Below, one piece after another: positions 30,063 to 37,724 of a DNA stretch of 37,724 bases (position 1 is its first letter; every line of letters starts with the position of its first letter). Below the pieces are notes generated by a model. That model saw only the letters and a list, made by a program, of their open reading frames with translations. It ran no database searches and was not told where the DNA came from. Position numbers and translations under genes: made by a program. This DNA is from a virus (Duplodnaviria > Heunggongvirae > Uroviricota > Caudoviricetes), in the IMG/VR virus record IMGVR_UViG_3300030055_000004; one strand, 5' to 3'.

Positions 30063-31052
30063 ATGAGTGATATAAAACTTACTATATTACAATCAATAGA
30101 TAAATACACAAATAATTTACAATACTTGGCACAAGAAAATCCAAGTATTGTAAAAAGTTTAACTCTTCTATTAATTGTAGATGAAATATTCGATTGAGCT
30201 AATTGGTATAATGCACCACAAAAAGAACAATTAAAATTACAAGAATTTAGAAAACAAATAATTCGTTGTAATAAAGAAATAGAATTAGTAAATATACCAT
30301 CTAATAAATATTATAAGAATGTTAGTTTACCTCAAACTATAGACACTTGGCAAAGATTATATGATAATCCAAATGTTTATACATCAGAAGATTTATCAGA
30401 CCCAGTAATAATAGTACCTCCAACAACAAATATAGAATCTATAAAATATGGTCGTCTATATAATTATTATGCTTTAGTAAATTCAAAAAATATTGCACCT
30501 ACTGGTTGGCATATTCCAACTGATGCTGAATGAAGAACATTAATAGATTTTGCTGGCGGAGATGTATTTGCAGGGGGTAAATTAAAAGAAATTGGAACTA
30601 CTCACTGAATTGAACCTAATGTAGGAGCAACTAATGAATTTGAATTTACTGCTCTACCTGGCGGAGTAAGATTGGGCACACAAACTTCATTTGAAAGTCT
30701 TGGAAATACTGGTTCTTATTGAGCCTATCCTGCAAATGTTAATGCAGCAAATACTGTTATTAATATAATGAATTCAGAAAGTGCATTATCTTCTAGTCAA
30801 GAAGTATTTAATACTAATTATGCTCACAGTGTTAGATTAATTAAAGATAATATTATAGATGATGGAAATTTAATCGATTTTGATGGTAATGTTTATAATA
30901 TAGTTACAATAGGTGGACAAATATGGACAAAACAAAATTTAGCAACAAAACATTATAGAGATGGTTCAATTATTGGGACTGTTTTTGATGATATTGAAGG
31001 AATGGCAGTTGCTTATAATAATGATGAAGCAAATGTTTACAATTATGCTTAA
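30063..31052 (+). CDS. Structural-region protein with C-terminal FISUMP domain, 329 aa (4 TGA=Trp)
   Basis: TGAs 30195, 30531, 30606, 30720; YGRLYNYYA...APTGWHIPTDAE[W]...FTALPGG...SVRLIKD...DGNVYNIVTIGGQIW. Confidence 0.85.
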
Positions 31053-31067
31053 ATAAAAATATAATAA

Positions 31068-34000
31068 ATGGAACAAAATATATTACTAGATAGTACAGAA
31101 TCAATTACTTCTGAAGAATTAATAAGTACACCTACTATACAAAAAAATATAGTAGAAAATAATATATTACTTAGTGATATAGACTCTAATACTTTTATAA
31201 TAAAACCTATTATAAAAAGTGATGTAATTAATACTAATCTTTTACTTAATGAACAAACTTTAAATACTATTACATTAAATCCAGTAGAAAGTCATAAAAA
31301 TATTATACAATCTAGTATATTAATTAATAATTTAGAAACAACAATTAGTTCTATTATTCCAATTAAAGATGTAGATAATGTACCAGTGAAAGAAAATATA
31401 TTATTAAATCAAATTGAAATACCTGTACATGATAATCTTATAACAACTTCAAGACCACTCAATACAGATTCAATAAACAATGATGATTTAATTTCTGGAT
31501 ATGAAAATACATTTATTCCTTCAGTTAATTTGACAGATGGTAATTATTTTCCATCTGACCCAGAACAATTACCAAGGATAACATCTTTAGAAGAATTATT
31601 AAAATATTTATCAGAAATAATGATAAGATTTAGTACTTCTCCTGATTATTATCAACAAGATGATTTTGCAATATTTATAAAAACTATTACTAATGCATTA
31701 ATTGATTTATATCTTAGAACTCCTGTTTCAGATGGTGAATTACAAAGTTTACTAAATTTATTATATACTAAAGTTGATAAGATTGAAGGTAAAGAATTAA
31801 GTACTAATGATCTTACAAATGAATTAAAAGAATTATATGATTTAGCTTATAGTCAAACTCATACTCATGATAATAAATATGCATTAGATTTAGTTGAAGG
31901 TTCAAATAAAGGGGATCAAGATTTAAGTAATTTAGTAACTAAAGATGAATTACCAGTAATACCTTCTTTAGATGGATATGCTACAGAATTATTTGTTACA
32001 AATATAACAGATACTAAAGAAGATAAAGGAGTTGCACAAATATTAATTACTGATTTACATTTAGGAGAAATAATTACTCATAATTCAAATGAGTTTGCTT
32101 TAATACTTACAGAAGATGAAAATTATGTTACAGATATTGAAAAAGTAAATCTTCATAATCCTCATTCTGATGATCAAGATCTAAGTGGATTAGTAGTTAA
32201 AGTTGAAGGAAAATCTCTTATATTAAATACTGAAATAGAAAGGTTAACTACTTTACACAATGTAGATATTAGTGGAAAAGTTGATAAAGTTGAAGGTAAA
32301 AGTTTAATACTTGATAGTGAGATAACTAGATTAACTTCAGTTTATAATGTTGACATAACTGGAAAAGTAGATAAAGTTGATGGGAAATCTTTAGTATTAG
32401 ATACTGAAATAGCAAAAATACATTCGTTACATGCTGATGATCAGGATTTAACTCCATATCAATTATTATCAGAAAAAGGTATTAATAATGGATACACTCC
32501 ATTAGATTCTGGCGGTAAAGTTGCATTACAATATTTACCATCAACATTATTAAAATATATAGGAACATGAGATATTATTAATAATGATCCTATTTTAATA
32601 TCACCTGATTTAACTAAAGTTAGTAATGTATATACAATAGTTGGCACTGGTACTAGATTTGGTATTAATTTCAAACCAGGAGATTGGTTAATATATAATT
32701 CAGATGGTATACCAGAAAAATCTGATAATTCAGATGATGTAACTATGGTAAATGGACAAACAGGTATAGTAACTATTACTAAATCTGATGTAGGTTTATC
32801 TTTAGTAGATAATACTACTGATTTAAATAAACCAATATCTAATGATACACAATTAGCATTAAATTTAAAAGTTGATAAAGTAATTGGAAGTAGATTAATA
32901 ACAACTGCTGAATCAGTTATATTAGGAAATACATCAAATATAAATACTGGTGATCAAACTTTAACTAGTTTAGGTGCACAAGCAGAACTTAGTGGTCATG
33001 GCTATGTTCGATTCATTGGAAAACTAGCAATATATGATGAATCATTATTTTCTAATACTATTGGAAATTACAATACTGCATTGGGTTATCAATCATTGTA
33101 TGCCAATACAATTGGTAGTGGTAATTTAGCCATAGGCTATCAAGCAATGTTCAAAAACATTGATGGTGGAACTAACTTAGCCTTTGGCAATTTGTCATTA
33201 TTCAATAACTTATCAGGTACAAATAATTTTGCAATAGGTAATAATACATTATATGCTAATACAATTGGTACAGATAATTTTGCATTAGGTAATTATGCAT
33301 TGTACAATAATACTGATGGTATATCTAATATAGCTATCGGTACTAGTGCATTAGGTGTAAGTACATCTACAATTGGAAATACTGCAATTGGTACTAATTC
33401 AATGTCTAATGCTACTTTCGGTAGTCATAATACTGCAATTGGAGCTATGAGTTTAATTGCAAATACAACAGGGACATCTAATGTATCAATCGGATATCAA
33501 AGTCTTTATACTAATACAGAAGGTAGTTATAATGTTGGTATAGGAGATACAGTGTTAAACAATAATGTTTTGGGTGGCTATAACATTGCATTAGGTGATA
33601 TGGCAGCCTCTTACTGTGATAATGGTGTAAATCTTCTTACTAACATTGATCATTCAATTTTTATAGGTGGTCTAACTGAAGCATTACATAATAACAGTAC
33701 AAATGAAATTGTTATAGGTTACACAGCAAAAGGTTCAGGTTCAAATACAATAACATTAGGTAATAATGATGTACTAAAAACAATGTTACGTGGTGACATT
33801 TATGTAAATGGTGTTCTATTATCTACTCTGTACAGTTCAATTGCAAATGCTTTTCCTGGGTTTGGTACTACACATGTATTATCAGCTTATGGTGATCATT
33901 TACATACTGGTGTATACCAACCAGTAGGAAATTATTTGACATCATTTACTGAGACTGATCCAGTATTTACTGCATGGGATAAAAGTACAGGCATAACTAT

Positions 34001-36236
34001 AACTAAATCACAAATAACTGATTTTCCGACTATTCCATCTTCACAAGTTCAAACAGATTGGAATGCTACATCTGGAATAGGAGTATTACTAAATAAACCT
34101 ACTCAGTTATCCCAATTTACAAATAATTTAGGTAATTACGGTAATTGGATAACAGGCATTAGTAGTGGAATGGTAACTACCGCATTAGGTTATACGCCCT
34201 ATAATTCAACTAATCCATCAGGTTATATTAATTCTCTTTTAGGTGCAGTATTAACAGATCAATCCACCCAACAAATAATAGGGTCAAGTGCAAGTCGATT
34301 GGGTAAATTGTGGGGTAGTGATGTTGATGTATCGGGAAATATAAAGATAAATGCTTCCGCTCCATTTATAAATATGTACTCGACTTTATGGAGTACGTCA
34401 ACATTTATTCAAACAGGGGTTAATGTAGGAGCTACTGATGGTGGTGATTATTTTAATATCTATAATCCAGCAGGAAAGGGATTTTCATATACGAGAGGTG
34501 GAGTAGTTGACTTATCTATTAGCCCATCAGGAATAGTAAACTTTTTAAATACCCCAACTATTGCAGGAGTGTCTTTAGATTCTAAGTATATCCAAAACAA
34601 CCCATCATCTGTTCAAAGTGGTAGTGTGTGGGTGGATGGAAGGATAATAGGCAATCGAATAGATAATTACGACCCCACCTTAACAGCTGGCGATGATATA
34701 GCATATTCAATAGGCAAACAATTCGGGAGTGGAACTTCTGGGTTTCTTGGTTGGAGAAACAACTCAGGAGTACCTTATATGTATATTGAGACATACGGAG
34801 GAGTAACTCCAATCAGTATTTTTGGTAGCAATTTTAATGTCAACGCATTAGGAGCAGCAGTCTTTACATCAACAGTTACAGCAACTCAATTTAATGCCAA
34901 TAATTTTATTGTTGCAGCTTCATATCTTGGTGATTCAAAATTATATTTAGGAGGAATTCCAGATATTTCTTGGGGTTATACTATAGATACTTTATCAAGT
35001 GGTTTAAATTTTAAATCAACAAACGGTGCATCTAAATCAATTAAATTTGATGATAGTGGGAATATAAACACAGATGGAACAGTTACAGCAACTCAATTTA
35101 ATGGTAGTGGTGCTGGTTTAACAGGAACTGCTAGTAGTTTATCAGTTAATTATGCTAATAGTGCAGGAAGTATTTCAAATTTCACTGTAAGAATTGATAG
35201 GTCAGATAGTAATGTTTATAACTTAGCTGGTAGAGGAACTGGTATATATGCAATTTCAGATTATGGTGGTGATGGTCCTGGTGCAATGTATTTAAATTTG
35301 TTACATATGACAAATGGTGGTGATGTTGCATTTCAGATTGCTGGTGGATACACAAGTGATAATATGTATTTTAGAGGTACAAGTAATTTAGCTGGTGGGG
35401 ATAGTTATACACCATGGAGAACTGTAATACATAGTGGAAATATTGGTAGTCAGTCAGTAAACAACGCTAGTTACTCCAATAACGTTATTATGCATGCTAA
35501 TAGAACAGATGGAGCATTTTATCAGGTACTATGGGGTACCGATAGTAATGTAAGTTCAATGTATTCTTGTGCAGGTGTTCAAATTCAATCTAGCACTGGA
35601 ACAATCAAAGCAACAGTTTTTTCAACAGGTTATATTCAAATTGTTGAAAAGCAAATTAATGAACCCGCTACGAATGCCACCTCTGCTATTGCCTACAACT
35701 ACACTGGTTATGCAGGCGGGACTACCCAGTTCAGAAACTTTGACGTATTTAATGGTAAAATGGAACACATAGTAACTTTCAGAGGAGAAGATTTAGCTAC
35801 AATTTATTATGGTCCTGGATATTTTAATCAAGGTGATGATAGTACTGGTGGTAGTTCAGGAGCACTTCAAGTATCTGGAGGTATTTATGCATCTGGTAAA
35901 TGTTGGATTGATTCCACTCTTCATGTTGATGCTGATACATTTATAGCTGGCATTATAACAGCAACTAATTTTATAATGCCATCTGATATTAAACTTAAAA
36001 CTAACATAACACCTATCACTAAAGATTATTCTAATATTCAATTTAAAGAATATGAATTCAAAAATAAACTTGGTGAAAAAAGATATGGTGCTATTGCACA
36101 AGAGTTATTAGAATCAGGTAATGATGAATTCGTATCAGGTAATGAAGAAATAGGATATTCTGTAAAGTATATAGATTTACTTATTGCAAAAATATCTAAT
36201 CTAGAAACTAGAATTAAACAATTAGAAAATAATTAA
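31068..36236 (+). CDS. Tail fibre / receptor-binding protein with C-terminal S74-type intramolecular chaperone, 1722 aa (1 TGA=Trp)
   Basis: Joined at TGA 32568 (KYIGT[W]D...GDWLIY); KVDKVEGKSL repeats; 14-aa NTxGxxNxAxG beta-roll repeats; SDIKLKTNI...YGAIAQEL...coiled coil. Confidence 0.88.
34871..35103 (+). repeat. 26-bp exact direct repeat inside the tail fibre gene
   Basis: AACAGTTACAGCAACTCAATTTAATG at 34871-34896 and 35078-35103 (TVTATQFN). Confidence 0.85.
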
Positions 36237-36237
36237 T

Positions 36238-36768
36238 ATGTCAGTACCAAATACAATAACTTTCAGTTTACAAGATGTTACTAAAGAAGTTTTTGGTAGT
36301 ACAGTTGTCACTGGAGATTTACAATCATGTTTTACTAATGCTACTGGTATATTTGATTCTAATTATGTAGGTAATAAAAATAGTCTATTAAATTTCAGAA
36401 ATTATAATCGAAATGCACTAACTTATTTTTCTTATGCAATAGTAGATCATACTAATAATACAGATGCAAGTGGTGATTTAAGTTGCATGATTAATTATAC
36501 TGATAGTAGTGTTTGGAATTATTTATGAAAGTTTTATACAACTTATTTATCTGCTAATGGATCAATGTACCTAGGAGGTATTGTAATATACATAGTATGT
36601 AGACCAGTAGTAGGATATACTGGTACTTTAGTAATCAAAGATAATGGTACTATTATATACAATACAACAACTTCAGGTTCTGTATATACAAACATACTTG
36701 GTACTAACTACTACAAACTTACCATACAATCTGGTCATACTTATGACATGACATTTACTTATTCATAA
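36238..36768 (+). CDS. Tail-fibre-associated protein, 176 aa (TGA=Trp)
   Basis: Two track ORFs in frame across TGA 36526; N-terminus TFSLQDV...SLLNFRNY. Confidence 0.7.
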
Positions 36769-36799
36769 ATAATACAAATAACAATTTAAATTAAAAATT

Positions 36800-37123
36800 A
36801 TGGCATTAACTAAAAAAATTGACTTCGGAAATGGAGTTGTAACAAATGAAGCTTATATTATTATAAGCAATATAAACATAAATTTTGAGAATGAAACAGT
36901 AAATTTTACTGTAAAAACATATCTTAATAAAACAGTAAAAGACTCTAAATTGAGTACTATAATTTCAGATAAACAATTTGGCATTAATACTTATCCTAAT
37001 ATAGGAAATACTAATGTTACTGAAAATTTATTTGAAAAATACATTTTAACTGGCAATATTTTACAAAATCTTGAATTATATCTAATTACTTTAGATGATT
37101 ATAAAGATGCAACAATAATTTAG
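36800..37123 (+). CDS. Small tail-fibre accessory protein (putative)
   Basis: MALTKKI...G....AY..I pattern, downstream of the fibre genes. Confidence 0.55.
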   Translation: MALTKKIDFGNGVVTNEAYIIISNININFENETVNFTVKTYLNKTVKDSKLSTIISDKQFGINTYPNIGNTNVTENLFEKYILTGNILQNLELYLITLDDYKDATII

Positions 37124-37273
37124 ATTTTACTTATCTATATTATATAAATATTTATTGTATAAATTAATACATTTTAAATTTAAAATAAATCTAATTTCAT
37201 TTATTTTTTACTCAAAAATGTATTAATTTTGTACATAAATAAAAATATGAACTAATATGAAAAAATAAAAATT

Positions 37274-37724
37274 ATGGCAGTAGATACTAATGATTACGAT
37301 ATTAATTTAGATAATTATCCAGTAGTAGAAAATAATGATGATATTGATGATCCTTTTTTATCAGAAATAGATAAACAAGATGATACAATACCATCAGAAA
37401 CAACTACTGATACTTTTTTAGATACAGAAACAGAAAAAGAAAGCAATAATGTAATTGCATCTTTACTTAGTCAAAAAGGAATTGTAGATTCTTCTAAGAT
37501 TCAATTTCAAAATGAAGAAGGGGAATTAGAAGAGATAAATTTTAATGATTTATCTTTAGAAGAACAATTAGCAATTCTTTCAGAAGAAACATCAACACCT
37601 GAAATATCAGAACATGAAATGGATGTTTTAAATTTTATGCGTGAAAATAATGTTACTTTTGACGAAGTAATGCAATATGAAAAAGAAAAAGCAATTGCAG
37701 AATATATTGAACAAAATAAAGAAA
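37274..37724 (+). CDS. Acidic protein, partial (scaffold-like / pre-capsid gene candidate)
   Basis: Open to the window end: MAVDTNDY...LLSQKGIVDSSKIQFQNEEGELEEINFNDLSLEEQLAIL; TAATTTTG at 37224 upstream. Confidence 0.7.
   Translation, partial: MAVDTNDYDINLDNYPVVENNDDIDDPFLSEIDKQDDTIPSETTTDTFLDTETEKESNNVIASLLSQKGIVDSSKIQFQNEEGELEEINFNDLSLEEQLAILSEETSTPEISEHEMDVLNFMRENNVTFDEVMQYEKEKAIAEYIEQNKE

Noticed and set aside
10434-36101. Antisense or alternate-frame track ORFs (10434, 10795, 14923, 17744, 19558, 20374, 24990, 32459, 34582, 35569, 35856)
   Set aside because: Shadows of well-supported genes on the other strand or frame.
31068-36768. Diversity-generating retroelement or invertase shufflon acting on the fibre
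   Set aside because: No reverse transcriptase, recombinase, TR/VR pair or inverted cassettes seen in this window.

Overview
AT-rich segment of a Crassvirales-like (crAss-like) phage genome, probably infecting Bacteroidota (TTTG-N20-TAnnTTTG promoter). The supplied code-11 ORF track fragments many genes because TGA is read as Trp over much of the window. I count 31 in-frame TGAs in 14 genes (thioredoxin, TerL, portal, holin, lysozyme, tail fibre and others), and the phage encodes a tRNA with anticodon UCA (12286-12357). Layout: (i) a minus-strand arm of small genes (1-6802) in which TGA still appears to be a stop, containing a ~1.1 kb densely structured non-coding region with two tRNA-like folds; (ii) an iteron-like origin plus an HTH initiator-like gene (7.1-8.0 kb); (iii) small accessory genes, thioredoxin, two candidate immune-signal sponge proteins, the suppressor tRNA and HNH endonucleases; (iv) an inverted four-gene cassette whose products share an N-terminal leader and internal xxGG motifs; (v) nuclease, lysis-like, GroEL/GroES, TerL, portal, FISUMP-decorated and tail-fibre genes. 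All calls are by-eye motif recognition and manual translation or folding; no searches were run.
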